From Basidiobolus meristosporus CBS 931.73 (Eukaryota; Fungi; Basidiobolomycota), in assembly GCA_002104905.1 (NCBI GenBank), contig MCFE01000475.1:4801-68800 (forward strand): DNA of 64,000 nucleotides, written 5' to 3'. The notes beneath the pieces were generated by a model. The model did no database searches. It saw nothing but the letters and a program-made list of their open reading frames with translations, and was not told where the DNA came from. The translations under genes were made by a program, and so were the position numbers. Shown here in pieces: positions 13,130-26,894 of the stretch (positions are counted from its first letter, which is position 1; each line of letters starts with the position of its first letter).

Positions 13130-13345
13130 TCATATGTTGAACCTCAGTCAGAGAGTTCCTCTAGGGCATCCAAGCTGCATGAAGATTTCCAGTTAAAGAA
13201 TCTACTGCATTGCTTGTACTTGATGCTGACATGGCTTTTTCTATGCATAACTTAGTGGTATGGGCAACTGATGTCACAACAAACCTGCTTCCTTTTGTAG
13301 CTTCAGGTAAGATCTCAATAAAGTCAACTCCCCAGTGGTAAAATT
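13130..13345 (-). mobile_element. Degenerate Ty3/gypsy integrase relic
   Basis: Reads HWGVDFIEILPEATKGSRFVVTSVAHTTK, resembling the WGIDFIGPLP..G.R.I.TA.DY.T integrase core start. Surrounded by stops. Confidence 0.6.
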
Positions 13346-13539
13346 ACACAACCTGTGACTCTGATGCTGCATATTCATTGTTATACTTAAAGATCTCTGC
13401 CATGGTAGTGTAGGAGACCTCCTTGGATATGCTTTACCATCTAAGGAATGTAAGGTTTCAGGTCTGCACAACAATCTCTGAGCTCAAATTGTTGGTGTCT
13501 CATTTACACTGTTTATTGCAATAAAATCTCATGCTCTTT

Positions 13540-13900
13540 AGGCCTCCTTAATGCTCTAAGTGTCTCCAAAGACCTCTATGGGTTCTTGGGCACTGCCTTG
13601 AAAAGCTCCTTGATGGCAAGTCTGAGGTATTACAGTTGGAAGTAGGTGCAGTGATCAAGAGCTAATCCATAAGAGGGAGTATTACTGAGAGAAGATATGG
13701 TTTACTGACTCCCTTATATGCTTTTCCTGATAGTTAAGTTATTTACAATGACAAAACTCTAGAAGATTCCAGGGACTGATGGCAATCTTAACAACATCAT
13801 AATTGGATAGGTATTGTCTGATGATATACTCTAAAGTCCTAAAAGGCACATCACAGTCAACCAATGAGTAGTCACTGATCAGAATCCTGTGTAACATAGG
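13540..13900 (-). mobile_element. Diverged gypsy-family LTR relic
   Basis: Reverse complement resembles the LTR segment at about 47610-47985 and 58500-58860 (GATCACTGCACCT..., GAGGTCTTTGGAGACACTTAGAGC). Confidence 0.55.
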
Positions 13901-14093
13901 GCTACCTTATACAGTATGGAACAGCAAGGATTGTAGATACTTTACTGATTGCATATTTGAGTACTATAGAGAATAGCAAATGCTAATGACTAGGCAGCAT
14001 AGGTAATGTACAGAGAGAATACCAACAATATGGGCAAAGAGCAGTAAGTCCATAGTTGAACCTCTACTGAGTGATAGCTTAGACCTCATAACC

Positions 14094-14577
14094 TGCTGTA
14101 AGAGTTTTGGAGATACTGGAAGTGATTAAGCAAGCAAGCAGTTATATAGTTTTGACTTAATGCTCAATTCAATGTAGAAGTAGTAATTTTTTTCTTTTAT
14201 ATGGTCTTGCCAAAAACATGTAGAATATGTTTGCAAAGACTCCAAGTGCTGGAAGAGCCTTGGAGATATAGATGGCACCATTAGATCTTGTAGTTTTCAA
14301 ATAAGGATTTATTGAATGTAAAGGTAGTATTTATACTGATCATGGTCTTGGCAGAAGAACCTTTTAGATATATTCAACAAGGGCCCAAGAGCATGTGAGC
14401 AAAGTCTGGGGCTGTCTGGACCACTTTACAATTGTCATTATCTGGGCACCTGATGTTTTGGTAAAAATGTTCCAAGTCCCAACAAGCAATTTGGGCAGGG
14501 TTATCTAAGATTTATAGACTATGATCTAAGTGACTAAGTCAGAAGAATGTTTTGGTGTAATTACTGAACTTATAACA
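14094..14577 (-). mobile_element. Diverged copia LTR with PBS remnant
   Basis: Reverse complement runs from TGTTATAAG to CTCTTACAGCA and is followed by GGTTATGAG (14085-14093). Internal LTR motifs are recognisable. Confidence 0.7.
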
Positions 14578-14906
14578 TCTAGGAGGTACAGAAGTTTGCT
14601 TTGGAAATATAGAAAAGTTGTTGCTACCAAAGTTGTATATAAAGGGTAAACAGAGATGCAGAGACTATTGATAAGAATTGGCAAAGACATCTGGAGTCTT
14701 GATAAACTGATCAAAGTTGATACTTTATTGGCAGTAGTTGGAAGGATGAGCAAACCACTTGTTGGATTATTCCATATTTGCATGGATTAACAAGAGCACC
14801 AACAGAAAGGTTATCAAGTAGTAGCCAAGTACATAGAAAGTTATTAAGTAAAAGTATATTAAAGTGATCTAGCATTGTGGAATGCATAAAAGGTTGTTAA
14901 AGTGAC

Positions 14907-15971
14907 CTAGCACCATGGACCGAATTTAAGATCCCAATAGGTCATATGTGAAATAACGTCTACAGGTTGATAGCCACGGATGCAGTCATTATCCTCGGTC
15001 AACTGACCGTCATTGCAGTTGACGGTTTTACCGGTAAACCAGTGAATATATACTTCATGGGGAGAATGCTGGAATCCAAATGACTCAGGTGGCAAGTGAG
15101 GAACGGGGTCGTTCTTGGATGTAACACGAATCATGTTGGTACCGAGAGTTGAATTGGACAGCGTTTGGAAAGCTAATTGAGCAAATCTCTGATTCCCGAC
15201 TCTTGGCTGCCCGTAGGTGTGAAGAAGGATCTTGGAAGGATTAATGGTTTTGGTTGGCGGGGTAATACAACGCGGGCTCTTGGGGTTTAGCAAATGATTT
15301 TTGATCTCCATCGCACCATGAACAGCAACCGCACCACCCTGTAATATGCGCGTTAACGAGCAGTTCGATCCAATTCTATTCTCTGACCAACTTACCAACG
15401 AATGGCCGGTCACTAGAAGCTCATAATCATCAGGATTGCTGGGAAGTTGATCTACAACCTGCTTCAATCCGGAGATCACGTCTTCGGACACGCTGTTGAA
15501 AGCTTTCAGGAATCCTCCGTGAACAAGGGTGCCCTTCTCAGTGTTAGGGTACTGGAAGTCTAGCGGAAGGAAATCAAGATCGTGAACCCAGTTACGAATG
15601 TTAGAGGACCTTTCAGAAAAGCGGGCAGGTTAGATATGGGGGTATGTAGATAACCAGGTTGATCCATACCCTCTAAACGCTACAATGATGGTTTTTTCTT
15701 TGTGGTTGACACCAACATAGCCGGCTAGCCCACTGAGCAAGTCTTCAAAGTACGATGTTACTTTGACTTCCCCCACACATCTGCTGCCACAGTCCCACTT
15801 GAGAACTCGAGGCTTCAGGCAGTAGCTGGCGGCTGCATAACTACCGTGACGGATCAACATATCCTTGATCTCTGCACTTACTTCAGAGCCATCGCGTTTG
15901 GCCAGAGGAGCAGCAGTCAAAGAAGAGATGGCTGCACAGCAGAAAGTCAAGGCAGAAAGAAGCTTCATCAT
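14907..15971 (-). CDS. Secreted class-3 (Rhizomucor-type) triacylglycerol lipase, 3 exons
   Basis: Signal peptide MMKLLSALTFCCAAISSLTAAP, IVAFRG|SSNIRNW, VHGGF, GHSL|GG nucleophile motif split by an intron, TYGQPRVGN, NDPVPHLPP and a C-terminal His (SHMTYW). Confidence 0.92.
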
Positions 15972-17511
15972 GATGATATCCCAGCGTCTGAGGTGTAGCC
16001 AGCTTTTGTGAGGGCCTTATATACTAGATTGACGTTACTCGGCTCATTTTCTTGTGATTTTTCTTCTCATGGATGCTCCACAAACCTTTAGTATCCTTCC
16101 ATGAACCCAAGTAAAATCTCAACCACATCGATAGTCTTTACGCTGTAGAGACATGTGAAAGTACTCACGAATAGATGGTGCTGCCACAAGAATTACTAAT
16201 TCGGGACCATCCATGAGAACCTCCAGCAAGAGCAGCCAAAAGCATACGCTCGGAAAAACTCAACGTCTGCTTTGTGGTTTAGTCTGTGAATTGTACCTCG
16301 TTCTCCTGCATAGTGGAATGTAATTGATCAATAAATACACAGCGTATGCGGTGTAATATTTATCAGGTCCTCAGCATCCACAAGGACCGCGATTCTACTT
16401 TACCAACTGATAGATTTGCTATATTTAACGAGCATTCTTTGGTCCACAATGTTTGTTTCTATATCTAGACCTGCACAACCTGGTGGTATCCGCCGAAAAC
16501 AACTGGTCGCAGATATCCGGTTGTATGTTTTTTTACCTTTTCTCTTCTCAGCCTGGACTTGTGCTGGTAGATAGTATGAATGGTCCGTCGACTTGGAGAA
16601 TGGCAAACAAGTCGGAATTGCGGTTTCTTTTTGCATTCATCGGTAATCGAAACGAAGCATGCAATATCGCATACGGTCATTTGCATTATCTCAGATATCC
16701 TCACATGTCTTCAAACTAGTGTCACTTTATGTTAACCACGTACACTTTGTGCACTGGATTATTCCAATTGGAGCTTTGGCCATATACTAGGCAGCCCCTA
16801 TTTGGCAATGATATGCTAGCCGGTAAGAATCGGCGGATTGATTGTTACCCTAAATATGCATGATCGGAGATCACTGCATTACCTAGGCATTGTTCAATCG
16901 ATACAATGTGTTGATTCCAGGTATCACTGAATCATGACCACTCCCAACATCATTAATATTGTCTTGAGGATATGTCGACAATAATGAAGCAATTTGGCCA
17001 AACATCATCCCCCTGCCAGTCACAGTATATCCAAAATCTGGTGTTTGGGCAACCATGTTTTACTAAGTTTCATTATTGGTTGGGTGGACATATATTAAGC
17101 AATGAGCTGTATGTTGCAACTTCGTATTTATGCGCTCTAGCTTAAGAACTCTACTATTTCCTGGCCAAATTCTCTGTTGGGATTTACTTCGAACATATAT
17201 ACGAAAACAACCCTAGATTACCAGGAGTCCTCGTTGGGAGTCAGGTGACTTCATTTAAAATAACTCCTACTCCGCTCGTGACCCATGATGTATTACATAC
17301 CCCTGAATTCAAGACTCACGGCTAAATTGTTGATAAATATGATACATTTATTACTAATCAACCGCGAATACTATCAGAACAACAGTAAACAAACTATGTA
17401 GCAGCGAGGAGCATTAGGGCTTGAGGGTGAATAAGTGATTACTTCAAGCCAAGAGAATTAATGTAATTTTGAAATGCTGAGGATATCAAAGGACCTCCCT
17501 ATAATACTAGC

Positions 17512-18686
17512 CTAGTTGGATGCTTCCTCAGGTTTGCGGGCAACAAATAGGAAGGCAGGGGTAAACAACTCACGGACACCACCATCTTGAAGAGCACGGT
17601 TGGCTTCATACAAAAGCTCAGATACCTTGGTGGAGCCAGGAGCGGCGATTCCGACCTTCTCGAGAACGTTGACCATGTTCATGGTACACCAAGCACCAAA
17701 GGATGACATGCGGAAGTTGGAGAATGTGGAACCTTGCAACCACTTGTACCAGGGCTCATCAGTGGGCTTGGGAACAATGACATCCTCATACTCGACGATT
17801 TCAAAGCCAACATTTCTAAGGGCCTGAAGGCACTCCTCGGTTGTATACAGATGAGAGATACCGTTACCCTCCTCAATGGCAAGAGCGATGCGCTTGTGCT
17901 CTGGGTTGGTAGGATCGTACTTGGAGGTCATGCACCATTCGTAGCAAGCATATTGGCTTCCGGGCTTGAGGACACGGAAGATTTGGCCGTAAACATCCTC
18001 CAATTTACGGGCATGGCAGGTGGCCTCAATGCTGTAGACAGCATCGAAGGAGTTGTCATTCAAGGGGATGTTCAAGAAATCGCCCTTGACATAGTCGGTC
18101 AGATCTTGGAGTTGGCACTTCTCACTGTAGGTACGGCCACGCTCAAGCTGGTAATCGTTGTTGTTCAATCCGGTGATGTGGGCACCGGTGAATCTAGCGA
18201 TCTCACGGAGGGGACCACCAACGCCGCACCCAACATCCAACACCTTCATGCCAGGCTTCAAAGCGAGCTTCAGGCCAATGTAATGTTCGTGACGCTTGAT
18301 GGAGTCGGTGAATTTGTCGTCTATAAAAGGAAACGGTTAGTCTCGAGCGGGACGTGAAAACCAAGCTATCGTATGTTACATTTGAAAGCGCGAGCGAAAT
18401 GGAATGATTCACCCCAGCCATACTCGTAGAAATCGGTGACCAAATCGTAGAATTTGTTGGTCAGGTACGAGGCGTTGGCACGACGCTTCTCGACGTTCTC
18501 GTCGTAGGTGTCCAAGTTCTTCTTCTCCTCCTCAGTCCAGTATTTGTAGTATTCATCGACAGCATTTTGGTTGAGCGATTTGTCCTTGGTGGTCAATTTC
18601 TTGACCAGGTTGCCCTCGTCGGCAATCACCGTGGCACCGTGATGCTTGATGGAGTTTTCTTTATCTTGCTGAGCAGTGGTGGACAT
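17512..18686 (-). CDS. ERG6: Sterol 24-C-methyltransferase, 2 exons (intron 18321-18379)
   Basis: FYDLVTDFYEYGWGESFHFA, VLDVGCGVGGP, YSIEATCHA, IEEGNGI and LFTPAFLFVARKP. A 59-nt GT-AG intron joins the frames. Confidence 0.97.
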
Positions 18687-19650
18687 GATTGAATCAGGGG
18701 ATGTGCGAGGAGAAGAATAGGAAACGAACTTCGGACCGCTCGCTTTTATAACCCGACTGCTGGCTCACCTCACCCCCATGATTTTGGCGACGAAATTCTC
18801 ACCCACGCTTCGTTGTACCTAATTAAGATATTGCGCTGTTCGATGAGCCAATTCACCGGCCAATTCATCGGCCACCCGTATTTCAGACTACGTAATACCG
18901 AAATCCCATGGATTGATTGGCGATCATGGCGGGTAAAAGTTGAAAAAATATGCGAAAATTGGATCATGCATTTCCCTTACTCCTTTATCATGTACTATTT
19001 AAGAAGCCCCAATCAACCAAGCGCATGTCGAGCTTCACCACGGCTCTACGGCCATACGCCGCTGCACTGCTCCTCCGCAGTCCGCTTTTTTTGCTCTCTC
19101 GCGCCCATTTCGAACCGTTTCGACCGAGAGGCTAGCAATCTCGTCTTCCTCCTGCAGATCCGGTTCGGGGTTTCCTTCGGAACATGGAGTCCGTAAAATC
19201 ATTACCACCGATTCCATATCTGGCTCATGAATGGTGCTAAATCCCCTTTAGTCTACAAGGGCTGCTTTCTAGGGGACTGATATAGCCGATGATCTAGCCT
19301 GCAATTCCACATGCATGAGGCTTGGGTTTCCCGATGAAAAGCCTCGAGAACCCACCGGCTTTTTATCGTGTCACGGAATCAACCTCAACATGGGTGACGA
19401 TGAGGTCATCACCTAAGCGTTGGGCTATTAACCAAATTAAGCGACCCGCCATTAGTAATGTTTATGAGCCGTCAAATTTCCCGCACTGTGGAGGAATGGC
19501 ATGTTCATATATGGCTCGATTCCGATCATCCACGGGAGCCACCAGAGGTTTCTCCCTGGTAAGTGGAAGTTGGGTGTTGACCTTTAGGTTTGGTAAATGG
19601 GTAATCGTCGTTTATATTTGCTTTGCGTGAAAGATCCTTCCAATGAAGCA

Positions 19651-22600
19651 TCACGATGTTTTGCTGAGCTCGTTCAGGCTAGCAATCAATATCCAATGGT
19701 CCTCTACATTGATACATACTTTAACCTGCTCCAGGATCTGTCGAAGCACTATTTGGACCTGGGCGAATGTTGAGTGCTGGCTCGCACTAACTGTGGTTGT
19801 AAGAAGTGTGATCAACCGCTTGATGATCTATTTCGAACGAATGAGTGTGAGCATCTATCGCTCATGATGATATGTGCAAATGCCCACTAACCTGTTGCTG
19901 CACCCGTTGCCTGGGAGTGGCGTCAAGTATCACTTGGGGTAATAAAAATGAGGTCTGTTGGATGATCAATTCCCGGGCATCTCTGCATAGCCACTCCTGA
20001 TAGCGAGGCACCCAAGTGTACTCCCGTTCCTCCAAATACTTGAACCATTTTTCGGAATCCGGCAACGTGGCGGGAGTTGATGTGCTTGAATCCCACCACA
20101 TGAGCAAAACTCCCCCAAGAATCCATGCCATTCCAGAACACAGAATGTCAAGGTTGATGTGCGACATTCCGTCACTGGACAGAATGATGAGGATGTCAAG
20201 GACTCGAACGATCCAATCCAGTTGCTCGCTACTATCTTGGGAAGTGGTGTAGAGGGTGCGGAGGATGTACAAAAATGTCCGTCGTGTGTCACGCTTATGA
20301 TCCTTGAGTGCCAATTTAAGAATGGTGACGAGGGAGCTCACAGTCTCGGCTCGCTGCAGCTCTACTAATGTGCAGACAGAAAGCACATATTTGCGTAGGT
20401 TCGCCGGTTCCAGAGACGAATGGTCATTCACATCCTGTAGACTGAACAAAGTGCATCGAACCATTTCTTGAATCACCAGCTCTTCCTCTACGGTGTCGGG
20501 GTCAGCAAGTTGGACGTACACGGGTCGCAGTAGATTCAGTAAATCCTTGTAAAGTCCAGCCACTTCACTGCTGACTTGGTTTGCGTGTTGTGGGTACTCT
20601 TGGAGATAATCACCAAGCGTTGTTAGGAATTGGCGTCTTAGTACCTATGGAAGGCTAGGGTTAGCACCCTTATGCTGAGTAAAACCAATTGCTACCTGAC
20701 GGTTACCTGATCCTTGCGCATTTCAAATAGGCCCCGGACCAAGATTTCCAGCAACTCGAGAACTCTCGAGGCAGGTAGCACCACCTTCTTCAGATCGGCG
20801 GAGGCACGTCGCTCCCTTTTTTCCCAGGTGATTTTCCCCTTGGCACATACGAGTCCACTGATGCTTAGCAACTGGCCGAGTACTCTGGGGGAAAATAGTA
20901 GCGCTTGTATCTCGGGATGCACGTGTTCCGCAACTGACTTTCGGATCAGTGAAATGATATATTCAACCAAAGAAGATGAGTACAGGCAGTGGGTGGCTGC
21001 GAACTGTATGCACTCTTTTTGAAGATCTAAGGAAGCATTCGCAAGTGAATGGAGAGGATACCAGTTGACAGGAGGAATGGGCGATTCTAGCAGAGTGCAG
21101 GAGTGAAGCAAGGTTAGGATGCTTTTGGTGAGATCCGAATCATGACTTGCCACGGAAAGCTCTGTTCAAGGAAAGTTAGATTCCACAATATGTAGGATGC
21201 CCAGTAAGGTGTGGAAACGTACTGATTGAAGCCTCTGTAATGCCTTCAAACACCGCTCGCAAATAGCTGGTGGGTGCCGGGAACCTTGAATAGTCTGGCG
21301 GTTCAGTGCTTACCGCTCCAGCCATGATACTCTCGTTCTGTTTAACCGTAAGTTCGTACACGACTCTTCCTAGTATCACTGCGGATATTCTGGCGCCTTT
21401 AATGTCTCCCATAGCGTCGTTGTTCAGGCCAGCACTCGAAGACAACGTCTGAATGATTTGAAGGACGATCTCGGGCTTGATCTTGGAGATATTGATTCTC
21501 AAGGCGTCTTGGGAATACGCGAAGAAATCGATCCCCAAGAGTATGCACAACGTGATCACTGAAATCAAACGATCGTCCTTCGAGACGGCTGTAGCAACGT
21601 TCTGCAGGTGGAAGTTGATTTGCGAGTAATAAGAGGGGAGCGAGGAGGTGGACGACTGACGGGATTGCACCAGCGAGTACAGCAGATAGGCGTAGCTCCA
21701 TTGGGCGTGCGAATTGCTGGACGGGAACTATCCGGGTTGTTAGTACAGGGCCGGCACGACGAAGTGGACGATATACTGGACTAGCCCTACCTTTGATTTG
21801 GCCACGTCGGCCGCTTTTTTCAATAAATTAAATACGTCCGCCCGAGGGTTTTTGCTTGCTACCACGGCGAGGATCCATAATGAGCTAGCAAATAGAGAAT
21901 GGTCCTCGACATCGAACTCCTCGTTGAGCGTGTCCTCGACAACTCCAAGTGAGCGATTGAAAAACACCTGATGTATCTCCGACTGCTCAGATAAGGATTT
22001 TCCTAGGCCAAACACGAGTGCGACGTTCACGTTAGTCGAGTGGGTCCCTGGAGAGTAGATCTCATCAACCCAATGGATCAGCTCGACGCGCAGATTGGCA
22101 GTGGACTCCGAAATAGTGGTCAAGCTGTAAAGTGAATCGATGATGATCCCTAGCCCATAGCCACAGCCAAATTGTGCCCACTCATGGTCGGTGCTAGAAC
22201 AAAGAAACAAATGAGCCCAATGGACAATGGAGAATACGCCAAGCAGACATACATGGGGGAGGCCTGTAGACCGCTAATGAGAAGCCCGGAAATCTCGACG
22301 AGCAGCTTTTCATCGCTTGGTATCAAGCCAGTCAATATGGCAATAGAGGTATACGCGGAGAACAACGTGTCATCTGTGACGCTTTGCGATGTGGGCTGAT
22401 CAACGATGTTCACTCGGAGATGGTGGATGATCCGTCGGGTCTGGGAAGTAGCAGAAGAAGAATTGATGTAGTGCATGTTACGAATAAGCCCTAGCCCAAT
22501 AGATTAGCATATATGTCCGTCTTTCAATCAAACCACACCAACCTGTTAGTGCAGCCACAATGTTGCAACTGGTCTTTGGAACTCTGGAGTTTTCCAATCT

Positions 22601-25600
22601 CTCCAGCAAGTCGGTGACCAGTTGGTCCATGATTGCTTCTTTATGCTTTGACTCGTAGGCAGTATCGAAAGTTCCATCGTTTTCGGGATCTTCAAACGTG
22701 GTTGAGAATAACGAGAACCACGCCTCGAAGATGCTCAAACGGGTGACCAAGTGGTCGGTTAATGATATGTCCTGGATTCCATCGGTGAGGAACCTGTAAG
22801 GTTTGGAAGATTTGAAGCTATGGTAGTCGGGATATGCCTCTGAGAATGGGATCTTCTCTTGCTCATTTATGAACCCGAAGCAGAACAAGGAAGCTAGAGC
22901 GTAGCCAACACGAAGCCCAGGCAGCACCTTTCCTCCCTTCCAGGATTCCGTAAACCTCTCGCCAGACCGGGTCAAAGACTCGAATAACTTCTCGTTCCCA
23001 GACGCATTTCCTTTGTGGGCACCTTTTCCTATGGTTCCTTTGAACATGGTTCGTCGCATGAACCGGATCTCATGCTGCATCAGGGTCAGCAACAGTTCGT
23101 GGTATTCATTTGGAGCATCGATGATTTGGTTGACTAGTAGCCTAGGAGTTTCAGGAAGGATGGGGAAGATCTCGGACGCTTCGAACTTTGCCAAACAAGA
23201 AATCACTGCCTTCTGCAGATCTTTGGGCAAGATCTTCCCTTCTTCTTCTGGGAAGATCAGAGGTTTGATGTAGTCGGATAATAAAGTGCTCTTGAAAAGG
23301 ACAAAATCCTCGCTTCCTGTGGAGCCATCGACACCGGTGTAAGTTTGGGTGGAGATCTCGTTTTCCTCTGCTAAACATCCACTTACCATCACTTTGCTTG
23401 GCAACTATGGAGTAGAATCCTGCAAGCTGGATTAGGACCAACCTGTCGGTCGTCTCCATCGCTTTTTTCGCTATCGGCAACAGGAGCACATTCCAAACTG
23501 ACACAGAAATCATCAATAACGCCACCAATTATTCGGCCAAATGCCAAACCATACCTGGCCTGGTCTCCGCGACGCCGGCTTGGATACATTCGTTGATGGT
23601 GGCCAGAGCGAGGCTCAAGCTTTGCGAGCTCAGTTTGGCGAATTGGACCAACGAGGAAACCATGGGGAAGATTTCGTGGCCATGCTCGTGGCCTTTGTGC
23701 TTGCATATGTCGCTGTCAACAACCGAATATCAGTACGCAACAAATCGATGTGTATGTAGCGGGGATCTACCTCATTGTCGCCAGAGCGGCGATTTCTATT
23801 TCGTATTTGGGATCGGTGCTCTCAATGGTTTTGCCTCCAGTAGCCATTTGCTTGCGCTGCTTTGTCCACTCGCTTAGAACATTTCTGAGCGATCTCCACA
23901 CCCGTGGCTGGCGTCGCCACAACGCGTAAACTCCGCGGATGCCTACAGCGTAGAGCGTGTTGTATCCGGCAATGCCTTTCTGAACAATGGTCATCGAGAC
24001 CTGGACGATCTTCGAGATCACAAAAGGATCGCCCGATTCAACTAGACGGGGGAAGCAGTGATGGATTATATGGGCCTCGACCTCTGGATACTTCTGATTC
24101 CGCATGACGTAGAGCAGTATCGGGAGTATTCCGAGAGTTCCAGGTTTGGGCGCATGAGTGGTGACCAAGGCTGAAAGACCCTTCACGCGGGTGCTCTGGT
24201 CTGGATGAAATGCAAATGGCACCGCGCAAAACCCGCTGACATTTGACAGATGAAAAGCCTCTGAGCTACTGGTTGAAATCAAAAGATTCTCGACACTCGA
24301 GCTCGTGTATAGCTGGGAAAGCTCAACTGTGATCCCGTTAAGATAAGCCATTATCCCTCTGATGTTAAGCTTCTGCGCCTTATCTCTGGACTTCTGGATT
24401 TCTTCTGCGACTTGCTCGGTATTGGCAGCGTGCTCAAGCGTTTCGATGCTATGAAGAAGCTGGACAGCCTTGTCTTTCAACGTGTCCAGAGTCCCCTCAG
24501 TTAGCACTTGAATGAGTGGGAACCTGGCAGTATTGCAGACAAAGGGGACACGTATCAGTCCGTCTTCGGAGCTTTCCAGCAACGAAGCAAGCATATAGAG
24601 CAAAATCTCCTGGTGATCGGATGACGGAGCATCAAGGAGCAAGTAGCTCACTATGGGAAACAAGAGATTGAAATACGTGGCCATAAGAGAGACTATCTTC
24701 ATGTCATACTCCATCAACTGTCGGATCTGGGAGAGCAGGGACAATGTGGACAGCCCATCGTAGCTCATGCTACAGATCGTAGCAAAAGTTTCGATGACGA
24801 ACTCGATTCCAAGTGTCTGGAATGCCTTTTCCTTGTTTTCCCGGATCTCTTCCAGCAACAGTTGCACGAACAAATCCGTGACAAGGTAACGCAAGTTATC
24901 CAACTTCACTCTGGGCGTAGGGATTCGACGGAGCACGTCGACCAAGTATCGAAGGATGTAACCCCGGTCCACTTCATGGTCCAAACGATATGTTCTGATT
25001 AACACATTGACCATGGTTACTCGCCAGCTCTGGAAACTGTCGTTCTCACTCAGCAGCACGAAATCAATAAACGGCTTGATTAACTCGAAGCCAGAGTAGA
25101 GTTTTGTCCGGCGCTCCAGATCAGTCCCGGAGTAAGCCTGCTTCTTGAGGATGTGCTCAACTCCCGAGAGGATCGAGTCCCACGTTTCCTCCTTGGCGCT
25201 AGCCACCACGATGAGTGGATGGGTCTTGCCTCTAGAGGAGCTTACTGTGAATGGTGAGGAGAGGAAATCTTTGGGTGAGCCGGCTTGTCCACTCTCGACA
25301 TAAAACACAAAGAGCTCGAACAGGGCTTTCACCGCGTTATCGAGCTGAATCTTCGACATGGTATCTAGGGCGCCCACAAATCCATTCACCGAATCGAACC
25401 AACCAAGGACGCCCTTTTTGGTCAGCAAAATAAGCGAAGAGGCTGCCGCCGAGGTGGTAATAGCTGAGGCCTTGGAGGAGGCGACACATTCCCATAATAA
25501 TGAAATGGACAGCTGGGTTTTCTGGTCTGTAAACGTGGGAGAGGCCAAAGTCAAGCGATTGGGGGCGTTGATTCGAGAGCCCAAGCATTGCTCCAGCAAT

Positions 25601-25674
25601 TTCCGAATGCTCTGAAGCTGCACTCCCCTGTGGGGTGAATACAGTCGTCGCTGGTATTCTAACTTGAAGTCCAT
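19651..25674 (-). CDS. Large multi-exon ARM/HEAT-like protein, focadhesin/RST1 (DUF3730)-like
   Basis: Chain of long minus-strand ORFs (643, 105, 125, 308, 108, 156, 164, 153 and 233 aa) separated by short introns, with last exon IIKRLIT..SKTS* (TGA 19651-19653). The N-terminus (LQSIRKLL..SLLWECVAS..AAASSLILL..FDSVNGFV) resembles focadhesin from memory. Exact exon borders not resolved. Confidence 0.55.
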
Positions 25675-25949
25675 GCGTATCGGTTTGTGGAATATCAAGC
25701 TGGGCTATGGTCAGCTGCAGGATATTCAGTGCTTCGTGCTAGCCAAATCAAAAACCGGGGCGCCAAACGGCTCCCCCATACGTAATGTGGTTGAAATTTA
25801 TTTACTCAAGAAAACATATTGCAAATCGCCATTTATGTTCATGCTGCTTGGGGGCTGATGTGGATTTTAAGCATGTATAGAGACATGACAGGCTTGACCA
25901 TTTTTACACCATCGGTCCCTCGATGAGGGCAATCGATTGGGAGTGGGAT

Positions 25950-26894
25950 CTAGACCATGCTGGGAGTAGTGTACATGGAGTCCCATTGGGAATCGAAAAT
26001 CATGAATCTGTACCACAAAAACCAGATAAAAATGGTGGACGCGTGCCATAGCGAGTGAGCGTCGAATACTTCGAAGATGGGCGGGAAATCAAACAACTCA
26101 AGAGACACGGCAACACTGATGAGTAGGCCACACTTCAATGGCTCCCAGCGGTACGGGTGGTTGGGATTGACCACGCACCAGTAGCCCCAGGTGATATTCT
26201 GCAGAATCCCAACGATCACGTTCGCCCACATGTTGTAAGTGTAATCAAAGCTCCAGAACGACAGATACGAGATGTGTAGCAGATACGGAATCAGCAACAA
26301 CCCACCCAGTCGAATCTGGTTTTTCCTATCGCGCACGTGATTGATTCTTAGTAATGCTACATAGAGTCCGTACATAACGGTCAAGGCTGCGGAGAAGTAG
26401 TCGAATTTCTCGGTGACCGGGGTATCTCTGGTGTGAAACACTGCCGACCATAGCCAGGTGTTCACCCCCACCACCACGAACATGTAGTAGAATCTTTTCA
26501 GGAAGTATCCCTCTGGCACTTCGGACTTGATCACCTTCCAGTGACGCCAGTGTGCCCACCCGTTCAAAATGCTAAACGCCACACTGGCCGGCTCCTGCAT
26601 GCCCAGGAACCGGACGAACGGCCATTTCCCATAATACTGTACAACCGGTTGGCCCGCCTCTCGGGTCCTCTGGGTGATCTCCCGCATGCAGGTATATTTA
26701 CAATTGCTTTCACAGCTCCAGAAGGTCAAGCGCAACGAAAGGGGAAGGGTAGGGTTCGCCGCACAGGTGGTTCCGTTACACCTATCCAGACAGGCGAGGA
26801 ATTCGGGCTCCGTGTCGCCGTAGCCTTCGGCGGACACTGGAATCACTAGTAACAACAGTCCGAGCAACAAGCGGGTTGACCAAGCGCGCGTCAT
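25950..26894 (-). CDS. PER1: Post-GPI attachment to proteins factor 3 / Per1 (GPI lipid remodelling)
   Basis: Signal peptide, Cys-rich CLDRC..WSCESNCKYTCM, QYYGKWPF.R..GMQEPASV.FSILN, WLWSAVFHTRD and DAHSLWHAST. Intronless, with the likely ATG at MTRAW. Confidence 0.93.
   Translation of the reverse strand: MTRAWSTRLLLGLLLLVIPVSAEGYGDTEPEFLACLDRCNGTTCAANPTLPLSLRLTFWSCESNCKYTCMREITQRTREAGQPVVQYYGKWPFVRFLGMQEPASVAFSILNGWAHWRHWKVIKSEVPEGYFLKRFYYMFVVVGVNTWLWSAVFHTRDTPVTEKFDYFSAALTVMYGLYVALLRINHVRDRKNQIRLGGLLLIPYLLHISYLSFWSFDYTYNMWANVIVGILQNITWGYWCVVNPNHPYRWEPLKCGLLISVAVSLELFDFPPIFEVFDAHSLWHASTIFIWFLWYRFMIFDSQWDSMYTTPSMV

Noticed and set aside
16400-16719. Cluster of short ORFs between the lipase and ERG6
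   Set aside because: Non-ATG starts, no motifs and mutually overlapping; treated as intergenic.
17734-18357. 207-aa + strand ORF and similar antisense ORFs over FOCAD-like, NAP1 and RPL36
   Set aside because: Antisense shadows of well-supported genes with biased codon usage.
18764-18780. SRE-like CTCACCTCAC/TCACCCCCAT upstream of ERG6
   Set aside because: Imperfect match to ATCACCCCAC. Such short C-rich motifs arise by chance, and conservation data would be needed.
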